Source: a virus
Lineage: Duplodnaviria; Heunggongvirae; Uroviricota; Caudoviricetes
IMG/VR virus record: IMGVR_UViG_3300046047_000272
Reading direction: 5' to 3' (one strand)
DNA: 64,000 nucleotides
Shown: positions 9,353 through 19,860 of the stretch, in pieces
How positions within the stretch are numbered: the first letter of the stretch is position 1
Layout of the letters: each line of letters opens with the position of its first letter
Position numbers and translations under genes: made by a program
The notes under the pieces: generated by a model
Told to the model about the DNA's origin: nothing
Seen by the model: only the letters and a program-made list of their open reading frames with translations
Databases searched by the model: none

Positions 9353-9523
9353 CAGGAGTCAAGCCACGCCGACCATCACACCATGCCCACGGAACCACAC
9401 CGAGCCAACGAGTGACTTAGGGAACACTGATCACGCTAATATCCTGGCGTCACATCGGCCTCTCATTCATGACGGTCATGCAGCTTATCCTATAAATCAG
9501 AATACGAGCCCGCCACTAGACGT

Positions 9524-9615
9524 GATTCTAAGCCGCCGCCCTCGGACGCATCCACGAGGATCAATAAATTACTCGGATACAGGGTTCGCGTCCGATAGAC
9601 CGGCAGTTCTGTCCT
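9524..9615 (+). repeat. Repeat family B, copy B3.
   Basis: gattctaagccgccgccctcggacgcatcc...gatcaataaattactcggatacagggttcgcgtccgatagaccggcagttctg. Confidence 0.65.
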
Positions 9616-9753
9616 TCTGATAGCCATGTATTGGGTCATTCTTGTGATGCAGCAATGATAATCGCTTTTCTAACAGGCGGTCCTCAGAATATCTTTGACG
9701 AGATCATGGTTTTGATGCTATGATGTTTATGATAACGATGACAGAATAGGATT

Positions 9754-10395
9754 ATGGAAAGGGGCGTTCTCATGTTTATATGTGAGCCGTCAACACTCAT
9801 GACCAGTACTCAGCGAGTACACGATGCATCAAGGTCATGGTATGATCGAACATCAAATACGCCATCTCAACAAGCGTTCAGAGAACTGATTGGCCGCGGA
9901 TTAAGTTTGGAGGACGTGCTCAGGGAATTATCGTCAAACAGTCTCGAAGCTATGAGGTCATTATTGAGATCTCGTTTTGGTGAGTTGCAGTTCAGCTTTG
10001 AGGAGCCTCGGTCATTGTCCTGGCGTGATCCTGTGCTTCCCGCTAATGGCGTCATTGATGATGATACGACGTTGACTGTCAGTAAGACGATACGATTCCC
10101 TCATCCATGGCAATGGTCAACGCGAGATGGTGTGGTAACGGTTGACGCTATGACGTTTGATTATGTGTTTAGTGGTTTGAATGATGGACAGGATGTTGCA
10201 TTGGTGTCATCATCGTGGTCTGATGCATGTGATGGTCGGATATACGATGATGATCATCATCAGATAGGCTCTGTTACGATCAGTCCTGCAAACACTCCTG
10301 TTTGGGTGTATGATCAATTCACGATGATGGAGGTTGATATGACGCCTACCGTTCATCAAATCCATAGGATGCTACAAGGAGGATATGATGCCTGA
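9754..10395 (+). CDS. Hypothetical protein.
   Basis: Long ORF after the repeat-rich intergenic region. No recognisable motif. Confidence 0.45.
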   Translation: MERGVLMFICEPSTLMTSTQRVHDASRSWYDRTSNTPSQQAFRELIGRGLSLEDVLRELSSNSLEAMRSLLRSRFGELQFSFEEPRSLSWRDPVLPANGVIDDDTTLTVSKTIRFPHPWQWSTRDGVVTVDAMTFDYVFSGLNDGQDVALVSSSWSDACDGRIYDDDHHQIGSVTISPANTPVWVYDQFTMMEVDMTPTVHQIHRMLQGGYDA

Positions 10396-10774
10396 CGCTT
10401 TGCAGGATATTCGTTCGATATATGAGGACATGGTCGATCATGACGACACGGCTATGATGGAGTTTGACGCCGCGGTGATGGAGCATGATCGACAATTATC
10501 CAGTAGATTACTGGGATTCTCAAATGATGAATTGAAGATTATCCACGCTGTTTTCTCGGCTGAATACAATCCCATCGATGATAATGTTGAGGATGCCCTC
10601 ATCAGGGCACTTGGTACTATTAGACGTAATGTTCTGCATGATGATCATGCCGAGGACCGTCTAGAACCTATGAGGCCCGTGCTGGTTGATAGGAGTAGGG
10701 TTACGTATCGTAATCATGATGCCCCTACGCCACCTCGATATGATCGTTCCGTGCATCGTCGAGTGATGAGATAG
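10385..10774 (+). CDS. Hypothetical acidic protein.
   Basis: ORF overlaps the preceding gene (ATGATG junction). Asp/His-rich. Confidence 0.4.
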   Translation: MMPDALQDIRSIYEDMVDHDDTAMMEFDAAVMEHDRQLSSRLLGFSNDELKIIHAVFSAEYNPIDDNVEDALIRALGTIRRNVLHDDHAEDRLEPMRPVLVDRSRVTYRNHDAPTPPRYDRSVHRRVMR

Positions 10775-10784
10775 GAGATATAAT

Positions 10785-11534
10785 ATGGGTGATCAAAGTG
10801 GGATCCTGCTAGCATTTAGCGGGCATATGGGATCTGGTAAGGACACGGTGGCGTCTACAGTCGTGAATCAGTTACATGGGTCCTCATATCATGACTCCTT
10901 CGCTAAGCCATTGAAGGATGAGGTGAACACCATGATCGCCATGATGAGACGAGTAGACTTAGAACCATCAGCTGCTATTAACATCATTGCTAATCTTCCC
11001 GGACTATTTGACGCCCATGTCGCTGACGAGCTTATCAAGAAATTGTATCCATCGGTGAAGGACGGATCTCTTGTTGATGTGCATGACCGCTCGGATCTTA
11101 CTCGATGGGCATTACAGCATTGGGGCACTGAGGGCCGTCGTAGCGTTGATCCTGATTATTGGGTACGATTAGCCATTGCTGATATTAAGGATCGTGTACG
11201 GGATCAGAATGTATACTTGACTGATGCTCGATTCCCAAATGAGTTACAAGCCGTTCAACAGCTTGGAGGATACGTGATTCGTCTGCAGGTTAGTGAAGAG
11301 GTTCAGGCTCAGCGTATCCTTGATCGTGATGGTGTGGTCATCACTGAGGACATGAAAAATCATCCCAGTGAGACGATGGCTGACGATTACGATGGATTTG
11401 ATCTTATCCTAGACACTGATCATGCTACACCAGAAGAATTATCAGATACGATCATGAATTTCTTACGAGATCAGCATGAACGACAGGACTGTGAGCATGC
11501 TGATACGAGGCATGAACAGCATGAGGAATCGTGA
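10785..11534 (+). CDS. Deoxynucleoside monophosphate kinase (T4 gp1-like dNMP kinase).
   Basis: N-terminus LLAFSGHMGSGKDTVASTV resembles the GxxRSGKDT P-loop of the phage dNMP kinase family. Confidence 0.55.
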   Translation: MGDQSGILLAFSGHMGSGKDTVASTVVNQLHGSSYHDSFAKPLKDEVNTMIAMMRRVDLEPSAAINIIANLPGLFDAHVADELIKKLYPSVKDGSLVDVHDRSDLTRWALQHWGTEGRRSVDPDYWVRLAIADIKDRVRDQNVYLTDARFPNELQAVQQLGGYVIRLQVSEEVQAQRILDRDGVVITEDMKNHPSETMADDYDGFDLILDTDHATPEELSDTIMNFLRDQHERQDCEHADTRHEQHEES

Positions 11535-11546
11535 TATCTTAACGTT

Positions 11547-11957
11547 ATGAGCGCTATTGTCTATTTTTCCTCAGTGTCTGAGAACACGAAACGATTTGTG
11601 GAGTCCTGTAATTTTGATGGCTTACATGTGTATCGTATACCATTGAGGGCGAATGATGACCGCTTATTAATTCATGAACCATATGTTTTGATTACGCCGA
11701 CGTATGGTGGAGGCGCACCTGGACGATCAGTTCCGGTGCAAGTCAAACGATTCTTGAAGGATCAATCCTCACTCATGAGGGGTGTGATCGCTTCTGGGAA
11801 CACGAATTTTGGAGAGGCATACGCCCATGCGGGTGATGTGATATCAGCGAGATTCCATGTACCCATGCTCTACAGATTTGAGTTACTGGGAACATCTGAG
11901 GATAGACGAATAGTGAGTGATGGCGTCAAACGATTCTTATCTATGCCATCGGCATAA
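11547..11957 (+). CDS. nrdI: NrdI flavodoxin-like ribonucleotide reductase stimulatory protein.
   Basis: N-terminus IVYFSSVSENTKRFVESC matches the NrdI signature (YFSS.SGNT.RFV). About 136 aa. Sits directly upstream of nrdE. Confidence 0.8.
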   Translation: MSAIVYFSSVSENTKRFVESCNFDGLHVYRIPLRANDDRLLIHEPYVLITPTYGGGAPGRSVPVQVKRFLKDQSSLMRGVIASGNTNFGEAYAHAGDVISARFHVPMLYRFELLGTSEDRRIVSDGVKRFLSMPSA

Positions 11958-12047
11958 TCGTGTGAAGACGTGATATATTCATTGTCCAATGATGATTGGA
12001 TGAATTAATCGAATGAGAGACTAATACTGAAGGAGTAGACGGTTCTT

Positions 12048-14204
12048 ATGGATACGACCATTGAAGGATTACGAGAGCAGGCTCGTATAGATTTGCGTGA
12101 GGGATTAGATTATCGGGCATTGAACGCCATGTTAAACATTTGGGGAAGTGATCATTCCATTCAATTCGAGCGTGATGCAGAGGCCGAGCAGGCCTATCTC
12201 ATTGATGTGATCGAGCCATCAATGAAACATTTTGCATCTGAAGTAGAGCGAGTGCATTGGCTGATTGACCATCAGTATTACGAGCAGGATCTCGCCCAGT
12301 ATGATGATGCCTTCATTCAAGAGTTACATGATCGAGGACATCAGCAATGGACGTCTTTCGGATCATTTCTTGGAGCATATAAATTTTATCAGCAGTATGC
12401 TATGAGGACAGTTGATGGAGGAACAGTATTAGAGGATTTCGTTGAGCGATCCGTAGCAGTAGCTTTGAAACTCGCTGATGGCAGGGAGGACGATGCTCGT
12501 CGTCTTGCTGATGCGATCATCCTTCGCCAGTATCAACCGGCAACGCCGACGTTCTTAAACGCTGGCAAGGTCCGTCGTGGTGAATACGTATCGTGTTACC
12601 TGCTGCGCACGGAGGACAATATGGAGAGCATTGGTAGGAACATTAACTCTGCTCTTCAGTTATCGAAGCGCGGAGGTGGCGTTGCTCTTGGTTTGAGTGA
12701 TCTTCGTGAACTTGGCGCACCTATTAAGGACATTGAGGGTCAGTCTAGTGGCGTTGTTCCTGTGATGAAAATCCTAGAGGACTCCTTCTCGTACGCGAAT
12801 CAGCTTGGTGCTCGTCAGGGCGCCGGAGCGGTGTATCTGCATATGAATCATCCTGATATTCTTCGATTCCTTGATACGAAGCGTGAGAATGCTGATGAGA
12901 AGATCCGTATTAAGTCTCTGTCATTAGGTGTCGTCATACCAGATATTGCGTTCACATTGGCCAAGGAGAATAAGGACATGGCGCTCTTCTCGCCCTATGC
13001 CCTTCAGAAGTATTATCATCATGGGTTGTCTGATATCGGCATATCTGAGCATTACGACGAGTTGGCCGCTGACGATCGTGTGGTTGCTGGTCATGTCAAT
13101 GTACGTTCACTGTTCACGACGCTGGCTGAGCTACAATTCGAGTCCGGGTATCCTTACATCATGTTTGAGGACACGGTGAATCGTGAGAATCCTATTCCTG
13201 GAAGGATCGTCCAATCGAATCTGTGTTCAGAGATCTTGCAATCACAGGAGGCCTCAACCTATCATGAGGATCTCTCGTATGATCATGTTGGCATTGACGT
13301 GTCTTGTAATCTTGGATCATTGAACATCGCCAGGGCCTTTGAAAGTCACCATCTCGGTGATGTGGTCGATACGGCTATTAGAGCGTTGACGCACGTTAGC
13401 ATGATGACCGACACTGAATCTGTTCCATCATTGCAACGAGCGAATGACGCTCGTCATACCATTGGGCTAGGTCAGATGAATCTTCACGGATTCTTAATGA
13501 GTCATGGCCTAGCGTACGGTTCCCCGGAAGCCCTTGATTTTGTTGATGCGTATTTCAGAACCATTGCGTATTACAGTCTGGTGACTAGTAATCGTTTGGC
13601 CATTGAACATCAAACGGTATTTGATGGATTCGCTGAGTCAGCCTATGCTGATGGATCATATCTTGACAGGTTCATCATGCGGTCAAAGCCTTTTGCCACT
13701 GATTGTGTACGAGATCTCTTCTCCACATACGATGTGCAAGTACCATCGATTACTGATTGGAAGCGGTTGCAAGCGTCAATTATTGAGCATGGCTTATTCA
13801 ATGCGTACCTACAGGCCGTTCCGCCCACGGGAAGCATTTCATATATCAATGGATCAACATCGTCGATTCATCCTGTGGCCGCAGCTATCGAGATTCGTAA
13901 AGAGGGTAAGACTGGCCGTGCGTATTATCCTGCATATGGTCTTACGAATGAGAATGCGAAGGATTATCATGATGCCTACGATATTGGTCCTAAGGCTATT
14001 ATCGATACATATGCGGCCGCTCAGCCATACGTCGATCAGGGAATGAGTCTGACGCTCTTCTATCCTGATACGACATCGACGAGGGACGTAGTGAAGAATT
14101 ATCTTTATGCGTGGAGGAAGGGCATTAAGACATTGTATTACATGAGGATTAGACAGGTTGCTCTTGAGGGCACTGGCGTTGAGTGTGTGAGTTGCCAGTT
14201 ATAA
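12048..14204 (+). CDS. nrdE: Class Ib ribonucleotide reductase alpha subunit NrdE.
   Basis: 718 aa. Active-site motifs NLCSEI and the C-terminal Cys pair [24 protein letters not shown] ribosome-binding site. Confidence 0.9.
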   Translation: MDTTIEGLREQARIDLREGLDYRALNAMLNIWGSDHSIQFERDAEAEQAYLIDVIEPSMKHFASEVERVHWLIDHQYYEQDLAQYDDAFIQELHDRGHQQWTSFGSFLGAYKFYQQYAMRTVDGGTVLEDFVERSVAVALKLADGREDDARRLADAIILRQYQPATPTFLNAGKVRRGEYVSCYLLRTEDNMESIGRNINSALQLSKRGGGVALGLSDLRELGAPIKDIEGQSSGVVPVMKILEDSFSYANQLGARQGAGAVYLHMNHPDILRFLDTKRENADEKIRIKSLSLGVVIPDIAFTLAKENKDMALFSPYALQKYYHHGLSDIGISEHYDELAADDRVVAGHVNVRSLFTTLAELQFESGYPYIMFEDTVNRENPIPGRIVQSNLCSEILQSQEASTYHEDLSYDHVGIDVSCNLGSLNIARAFESHHLGDVVDTAIRALTHVSMMTDTESVPSLQRANDARHTIGLGQMNLHGFLMSHGLAYGSPEALDFVDAYFRTIAYYSLVTSNRLAIEHQTVFDGFAESAYADGSYLDRFIMRSKPFATDCVRDLFSTYDVQVPSITDWKRLQASIIEHGLFNAYLQAVPPTGSISYINGSTSSIHPVAAAIEIRKEGKTGRAYYPAYGLTNENAKDYHDAYDIGPKAIIDTYAAAQPYVDQGMSLTLFYPDTTSTRDVVKNYLYAWRKGIKTLYYMRIRQVALEGTGVECVSCQL

Positions 14205-14224
14205 TATCGTGCAGTTGATCTACA

Positions 14225-14264
14225 AACGGCTTGGAAGCATCATGTCATCTGCTTCCAAGCCGTT
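14225..14264. terminator. 15-bp stem hairpin between the convergent nrdE gene and the minus-strand gene.
   Basis: aacggcttggaagca tcatgtcatc tgcttccaagccgtt. Confidence 0.5.
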
Positions 14265-14286
14265 CCTATAGGAATTTGATCAAGCG

Positions 14287-14823
14287 TTAATAGAGGGATA
14301 ATTGATTGAGCCGCTGATGAATGAGCCAGGTTGGCACTTGGAATATCGATGCTAGCTCATTGAGTGTCTTACCAGAAGCCCAGTATAATCGCATGTTCTC
14401 TGCTGGTAGTATCAGTGATTGCATGAACCGGTACGCCCAGCGTTTCTTCGCTTTATCAGAATGCGCGCAGTCACGAATCGTATTGGATAGTAGATAGCCT
14501 TCATCCTCTTCTGACGTATGATCATGTAGCAAATACAATCCTAGGATGATGGCCATAACCATGTTCTGGATACGATCAGGCGTATCAGTCGCCATATAGG
14601 CCTTGAATCCAGTGTCCTTTCGATAAACGACGAATCCGGAGAGCTCCTTATGATCTGGTGTGGTCTCTCGTATCCAAGGATTGATGGTCAAGCCGAGTGC
14701 CGTGGCGATTTTGGGGACATTGGTGTGGTCAGCGTCCTCTTCATGATTTGCTGATCGCAATCCTATAAGTAATAATGCCGCTATCCGTGATGGATCGTGT
14801 TCAATGGTGTATTCTGCAGCCAT
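14287..14823 (-). CDS. Hypothetical protein with a C-terminal helix-turn-helix-like segment.
   Basis: Start reassigned to the ATG preceded by an AAGGAG ribosome-binding site (aaggagacatgcATG). C-terminus SGKTLNELASIFQVPTWLIHQRL looks HTH-like. Confidence 0.45.
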   Translation of the reverse strand: MAAEYTIEHDPSRIAALLLIGLRSANHEEDADHTNVPKIATALGLTINPWIRETTPDHKELSGFVVYRKDTGFKAYMATDTPDRIQNMVMAIILGLYLLHDHTSEEDEGYLLSNTIRDCAHSDKAKKRWAYRFMQSLILPAENMRLYWASGKTLNELASIFQVPTWLIHQRLNQLSLY

Positions 14824-14890
14824 GCATGTCTCCTTTTGCTGACGCTTGACGCCTATGCTCATCATATCGTATCATCGTGCCGATGTCAAT

Positions 14891-15021
14891 AGATCTCGTG
14901 TCTAATCCTGATTCTCTGATCGTCTAGTATAACGTATCATCTGAGGGCTTTACCGGCCACTACCAATCTGAATAGGCTCAGAACACGACTCTTTAGTCGT
15001 GTTCTGAGCCTAACTAGATCT
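14891..15021 (-). repeat. Repeat family C, copy C1 (131 bp, AGATCT-bounded, reverse orientation).
   Basis: Exactly 131 bp between palindromic AGATCT ends. Contains the hairpin ggctcagaacacgact...agtcgtgttctgagcc. Confidence 0.7.
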
Positions 15022-15054
15022 CATGGCCTATTGGATATGCGCTAATATCAATAA

Positions 15055-15879
15055 TTAGAAGTCTGAGTCATTGCCATCATCGTAATCATTTCGGAAGATG
15101 TAATATCCTAGATATCCTAAGCCGCCGGTTATGATGACCTCTACAATCCAGAAGACGATTGATGGAGCAATGGTCGTATGTGATGCATCATCTCGAACGG
15201 ACGTTATCGTGGCGTCGCGGCTGAATGATTTGAACATGCTCAGGCCATTGGCGTCAGCATTGAGATACGCGACGCCGGTGTATTGTGATGGCGCGGCCTC
15301 ATAGACATATCTGACGTGATATCCTCCTGGGCATGAATCCTCGTCGCAGCCATTGATGCCGATGCTTGATAGTGATACTGATGACTCATGAATGTGGACA
15401 TAATCGTATGACAGCTCGTATCCTAGGAGATTAGCCTTTTTAGCCGTCTTTGACCAACTGTCGTAATCGTCCCATGACCAGTATACTCTTGTGCATGTCC
15501 TAGGATGTTTACTCGTACCACATGGATACGATTCCTCATGCATCGTGTATCGTTGTTCCGTCTTGGTGACTGACGCCGTACAAGCCTTAGTACCCATTTC
15601 ATCGAATCTCGCACACTGATCATCAGGAATAGTCACCTTACCATAGGCGAGCATATTGCCCACATCGGTTTTAATCTGCCATTTGAAGTCATCTGTTTTC
15701 GTCACGTCAATGGATGACGTGATCTGACTTTTAAGATCAGCGTCATGATCCTGCCATGATCCAATGAGTGAACTCAGAATTATGGTGAGGATCAACCATC
15801 CTACAATGACACCAGATAAGATGAGGAACGTCCGTCCTTTTAATCGGGTGAAGACGGAGTTCTGCATGATGCGTTTCAT
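15055..15879 (-). CDS. Hypothetical membrane protein (N-terminal signal anchor and C-terminal transmembrane segment).
   Basis: Hydrophobic segments at both ends. Cys-rich extracellular middle region. Confidence 0.45.
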   Translation of the reverse strand: MKRIMQNSVFTRLKGRTFLILSGVIVGWLILTIILSSLIGSWQDHDADLKSQITSSIDVTKTDDFKWQIKTDVGNMLAYGKVTIPDDQCARFDEMGTKACTASVTKTEQRYTMHEESYPCGTSKHPRTCTRVYWSWDDYDSWSKTAKKANLLGYELSYDYVHIHESSVSLSSIGINGCDEDSCPGGYHVRYVYEAAPSQYTGVAYLNADANGLSMFKSFSRDATITSVRDDASHTTIAPSIVFWIVEVIITGGLGYLGYYIFRNDYDDGNDSDF

Positions 15880-15940
15880 GATGACCTTTCACTATTCGTG
15901 TGCATTTTAATGTGGCTGTTACATAGTGTTGTCTCGTTGA

Positions 15941-16537
15941 TTACTTATCCCAGAGATTCGTTGAGCTAGGATCGTAGGACTGTGCAGAGGATGACGCGGT
16001 GAATGGCTGATAATCCTTAGCCTGGTATCCGGCGAATGACAGAAGGACGCTATTCGGGAAGGTCTGCGTGCTATTCTTATAGTCTCGTACAGACGTGTTA
16101 TAGGCCTGTCGAGCATTGGACAGCTGATTCTCGATAGTCGTGGTCTCCTGATTGACCTGAGTGAAGAGGTCAATGGTCTTCAGTTCCGGATATGCTTCGG
16201 CGGTTGCGTTCAGGATGGTACCACTAGAGGAGATGTCTCCTGATTGGGCCTTTGATCTCGCATCGGTAAGCTTGGTCAGCGTGTCCTGTTCGAATTTCTT
16301 GGACTCCTTCACCGTGTTAATCATCTGTGTAAGAGCATCAACACGTTTCTGAACGATGGTCTGGACATTCGCCTGCTCTCGTTCAATCATATTCTCCTTT
16401 TTGATGGCTGAGTTCTTCGAGCCTTGTCCAGCGAAGAAGAATCCTGCGACGATTACAACGATGACGATGATCGTCGCACCAATGAAGGACGCTGTCTTTG
16501 ATGTTGAGTTTGTGGTTGCCGTATTGTCTGTGGACAT
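15941..16537 (-). CDS. lemA: LemA-family membrane protein.
   Basis: N-terminal transmembrane segment, then RQAYNTSVRDYKNSTQTFPNSVLLSFAGY (LemA hallmark). Start set at the ATG preceded by a TAAGGAGC ribosome-binding site. Confidence 0.7.
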   Translation of the reverse strand: MSTDNTATTNSTSKTASFIGATIIVIVVIVAGFFFAGQGSKNSAIKKENMIEREQANVQTIVQKRVDALTQMINTVKESKKFEQDTLTKLTDARSKAQSGDISSSGTILNATAEAYPELKTIDLFTQVNQETTTIENQLSNARQAYNTSVRDYKNSTQTFPNSVLLSFAGYQAKDYQPFTASSSAQSYDPSSTNLWDK

Positions 16538-16719
16538 GATATATGTGCTCCTTATAGACATCATATAGGAGTCCGATGGGACTCCGCGTACAACGATTAT
16601 ATCACAGATGAGAATATGCTGATGATTATATCAGCATGGTGTGTCGTCGTTTGCCGATAGGACGATATGATGATATGATGGTATCATTCATTCACGAGGT
16701 ATAGAATAGGAGTCAAATT

Positions 16720-19560
16720 ATGGCCTTAGCCACATTGTCCAAGACTGATGATTCTAGCACTGGTCGTAAGACCGTGAACTTCATTGGCCGGCCAATTGAT
16801 ACGCATACGATGACGGTCAATGCTAATGTCCTGGAAATGATCATTAAGCAATTGACTGATCTTTATAAGGACCCAATCAAGGCTACGGTCCGTGAGACGA
16901 TATCGAATGCTATTGACGCGACGATTCTTGCTCGTGCTCAGGGTCAGGATGCGCCTAATGTTGATGTTCAGACGCCATCCTCGTTTGATCCTACCTTCAT
17001 GGTCACTGATCATGGTGTCGGCATGGATGCAGAGCAGTTGTATGCGAATTTCGCTGATTATGGTAATTCGACAAAACTCGACGACATGACATCAACCGGT
17101 AGTAAGGGTCTTGGCGCGAAGGCTCCACTGGCTTATACAACGACTGTTGTAGTCACCACAGTCAAGGATGGCCATAAGATCGTCCTCACGTTGAATCGAG
17201 GAAATCACTCCAATGAGGCCGAGAAGATCTTCGACGGTGACGCCGACGAGCCGAATGGTACGCAGGTCAAGGTCCCAGTTCGAGTTGAGGACGTATCAAA
17301 ATTCTCGGACGTCATCAATGATTATCGCAGTACGGCGACGCCGGACATCCCCATGAACATCGATGAGAAGCCGATCGTTGATGACTTCAATAAGACCTGG
17401 TCGTTCTTCAAGGACTTGGAAATCGCCAAGGATGCTCAGGGTCATCCAGTCATGGGTTCGATCTATTTGAATAAGAATCATGAATACTTCAAATCGCTTT
17501 TCTCCAACTGGATAAGTTATGCACAAGACTACTGGAATAGTGATGGTTCAATAGAGGCTAATCGAAATTTTGTCGCGGGAATGACGTCTATCTCCCTCAT
17601 GGGATGGAGATACTCCTTGAGCGATTATCATGATATGAATACGAGTATCCTGGTGAAGATTCAGCCTGGTGTTGTAGACTTTCCTCCTTCGCGAGATGAT
17701 ATTAAGACGAATGACCGATTCTACCATCTTACCGACGCTATTCTGTCGGCCTTCAATCTTGATAGAGTCGCGGAGACGAAGGACACGTTTACTGTTGCCG
17801 ACACGTGGGCCGACCTTCCAGAGGAATACCGATACGTTGTTCTTGATTACATGATTGCTCATGTCAATCCGAGCAATGGGCGTATTTATGACAGTTTGAA
17901 GACTGTCTGGCCAGATGAATCCAAAACATATCTCGATGACCCTCATGAACCTTCGTTCAGAGCCATCATCCCTTTCTATGGATCGAATGTCAGTCGATAC
18001 ACTAATTCGGAGCGATTCTCCATGTCCTCGTTGTTGTTCATCAAACAGCACATCACCATGAATGATCAGTCCTATCGCAAATTCTCTGGTGTTGATGCGA
18101 ATGTGGCTTTATCAAGTGCGCTGATTAATAACGATGTGGACAAGATCGATAATGATGATAATAACAGGATGCACATCAATTATGAGATCGAACAATATAT
18201 GAAGTACGCGGAGGCGAATGATCTTTCTCTTGATCATGATTTGAGAGTGCCCCTGTCATGGCTTGAGCATAAGCCGGATACGGTAAAATTACGGCCTTAT
18301 GACAATATCCGTCTCATCGTCATTAAGGGTGATTTCGATCCCACTAAATCGTATCGTCGTCTTCGTCGTTGGGTGAAGCAGGAATATCGTGACTTGATGA
18401 TTACTGGTTGCTCAATCGTATGCTGCATCTATGATGGCAATCCCTCTGATACGCAATTTGACGCACTTAAGCAGGCATTGTCAGGGTCCTCAGATCAGAA
18501 TGACAGTGTCTGGCTTGGCGTCAAGGACTGGGACGATCTGAAGATCGTGTCCACGCGTTCGTCAACAGGGGGATCAACAATCTCCACTGTGGATGAGCCA
18601 TCAACGGTAAAGGGTCATCTAATCGACGCTGACTTTGATCTTCATGACACGGTTATGGACATCTTCAATGAAGGCATGAACGGATCTCTGACCTGCGATG
18701 ACGAATTCCTAATCGAGGATCTTGTCGACCAGGACGCGTCATTCATCTTCTTTGATGACACCGGTAGCTATAGTTGGGTCAATATCAGGAGGGCCATTGG
18801 CGTCATCATTAGGAATTATGAGGACATGAAGCGTCATCCTGTATTCATCGTCGATTTGAAATTGAACAGTCGATTGTACGCGAAGGACGTCGCATCACTC
18901 ATTGGCTACGATCGTATCTGGGTTGCGGATAGATTGAAATCAATCGTGAATCTTAAGGCCTTCAAACTGGCCAAGAACTATAGTTTGGACACTGAGATAT
19001 TCTGTCAGGCAGTATTCGAACGTCCGGACGTGTTCGTCGACGAGGTGTCCACCGTATTGTCATCACCTATCATCGTGAACAGGATGGATGAGCGCTTCTC
19101 AAATAGAGTTAAGGCCTCTAATATTCTGAATAATATGAACCTTGCCCATAGCGTGACCGATGATAACAAGTTCGTCCAATCGCTTCTGCACGCTGATGTC
19201 ATTATTCACATTGGAGCATACGATACACCGGATGACATCACTTCATCGTATATTAACGATAGGATGGATGATCTCACCACGACTATTGATCATCTAAAGG
19301 ATCTCACAGCGGCGAAGCGATGTCGTCTCATGCAATCGATAGCTACAGTCAGGCTGCACGCAGCGATGGCTGATGTGATTAATGATGATCAGGATAATGC
19401 TGATTATCAAATCATTACTCGTGCCTTCGGCAACTGGTATGGTTCATCTGAAGCCACTGCTGACATGCTGAGGAGACGTCAAGATTCACCGTTCATCACA
19501 TATCTTGATACCGTGTATGAGAACATCAAGAAGCAGGCTGAGCAAGCCATGAAGGCGTGA
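16720..19560 (+). CDS. Large GHKL-superfamily (Bergerat-fold) ATPase-domain protein of unknown function (946 aa).
   Basis: N-box RETISNAIDA (E-x3-N-x2-D), G1 box TDHGVGMD, G2 box GSKGLGAKA, all within the first 140 aa. The rest has no recognisable motif. No TOPRIM motif seen. Confidence 0.55.
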   Translation: MALATLSKTDDSSTGRKTVNFIGRPIDTHTMTVNANVLEMIIKQLTDLYKDPIKATVRETISNAIDATILARAQGQDAPNVDVQTPSSFDPTFMVTDHGVGMDAEQLYANFADYGNSTKLDDMTSTGSKGLGAKAPLAYTTTVVVTTVKDGHKIVLTLNRGNHSNEAEKIFDGDADEPNGTQVKVPVRVEDVSKFSDVINDYRSTATPDIPMNIDEKPIVDDFNKTWSFFKDLEIAKDAQGHPVMGSIYLNKNHEYFKSLFSNWISYAQDYWNSDGSIEANRNFVAGMTSISLMGWRYSLSDYHDMNTSILVKIQPGVVDFPPSRDDIKTNDRFYHLTDAILSAFNLDRVAETKDTFTVADTWADLPEEYRYVVLDYMIAHVNPSNGRIYDSLKTVWPDESKTYLDDPHEPSFRAIIPFYGSNVSRYTNSERFSMSSLLFIKQHITMNDQSYRKFSGVDANVALSSALINNDVDKIDNDDNNRMHINYEIEQYMKYAEANDLSLDHDLRVPLSWLEHKPDTVKLRPYDNIRLIVIKGDFDPTKSYRRLRRWVKQEYRDLMITGCSIVCCIYDGNPSDTQFDALKQALSGSSDQNDSVWLGVKDWDDLKIVSTRSSTGGSTISTVDEPSTVKGHLIDADFDLHDTVMDIFNEGMNGSLTCDDEFLIEDLVDQDASFIFFDDTGSYSWVNIRRAIGVIIRNYEDMKRHPVFIVDLKLNSRLYAKDVASLIGYDRIWVADRLKSIVNLKAFKLAKNYSLDTEIFCQAVFERPDVFVDEVSTVLSSPIIVNRMDERFSNRVKASNILNNMNLAHSVTDDNKFVQSLLHADVIIHIGAYDTPDDITSSYINDRMDDLTTTIDHLKDLTAAKRCRLMQSIATVRLHAAMADVINDDQDNADYQIITRAFGNWYGSSEATADMLRRRQDSPFITYLDTVYENIKKQAEQAMKA

Positions 19561-19566
19561 GGACAT

Positions 19567-19617
19567 GGACAATGAATGGTATAATGTATAATATTAGCAC
19601 GTTGTCATTCATTGTCC
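19567..19617. terminator. 12-bp stem hairpin after the GHKL ATPase gene.
   Basis: ggacaatgaatg ... cattcattgtcc with a 27-nt loop. Confidence 0.35.
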
Positions 19618-19664
19618 TTCCATGTATAATAGGATTATGATAGGCAGCTACATAAGGAGTAGGT

Positions 19665-19856
19665 ATGATAACAATAACCAGTCTTTCCGGTAATCAGAAT
19701 GAATTGACCGGAGCATACGAGGAGATTCATGGTGTGCTGAGTCTCGATGATGGCACAGCTAAGACATTCGCTCTGCAAAGGAGTTCTACTGATAAGAGCA
19801 AGGCGTTCGATGACATTGTCGATGGTATCAATCGTCAGATATCGAATAGCGAATAA
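19665..19856 (+). CDS. Small hypothetical protein (63 aa).
   Basis: Strong TAAGGAGTAGGT ribosome-binding site before the ATG. Confidence 0.45.
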   Translation: MITITSLSGNQNELTGAYEEIHGVLSLDDGTAKTFALQRSSTDKSKAFDDIVDGINRQISNSE

Positions 19857-19860
19857 GATC

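Noticed and set aside
8780..9615. Possible CRISPR array, given several about 100-bp repeats in a short intergenic region.
   Set aside because: The repeats are about 90-105 bp, belong to two different families, are irregularly spaced, and are interleaved with conserved (not unique) spacers. There are no short direct repeats of 25-40 bp and no cas genes. Interpreted as a structured repeat family instead.
9201..9620. 139-aa ORF (and the 8432..8677 and 9183..9398 ORFs) spanning the repeat region.
   Set aside because: The reading frame runs through the A2 and B3 repeat copies. The same repeat sequences elsewhere (A1, A3, A4) are not in conserved ORFs and lack starts. No ribosome-binding site. Judged to be spurious translation of non-coding repeats.
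12928..14046. ORFs 12928..13179 and 13603..14046 within nrdE.
   Set aside because: Out-of-frame overlaps of a highly conserved NrdE coding sequence. Spurious.
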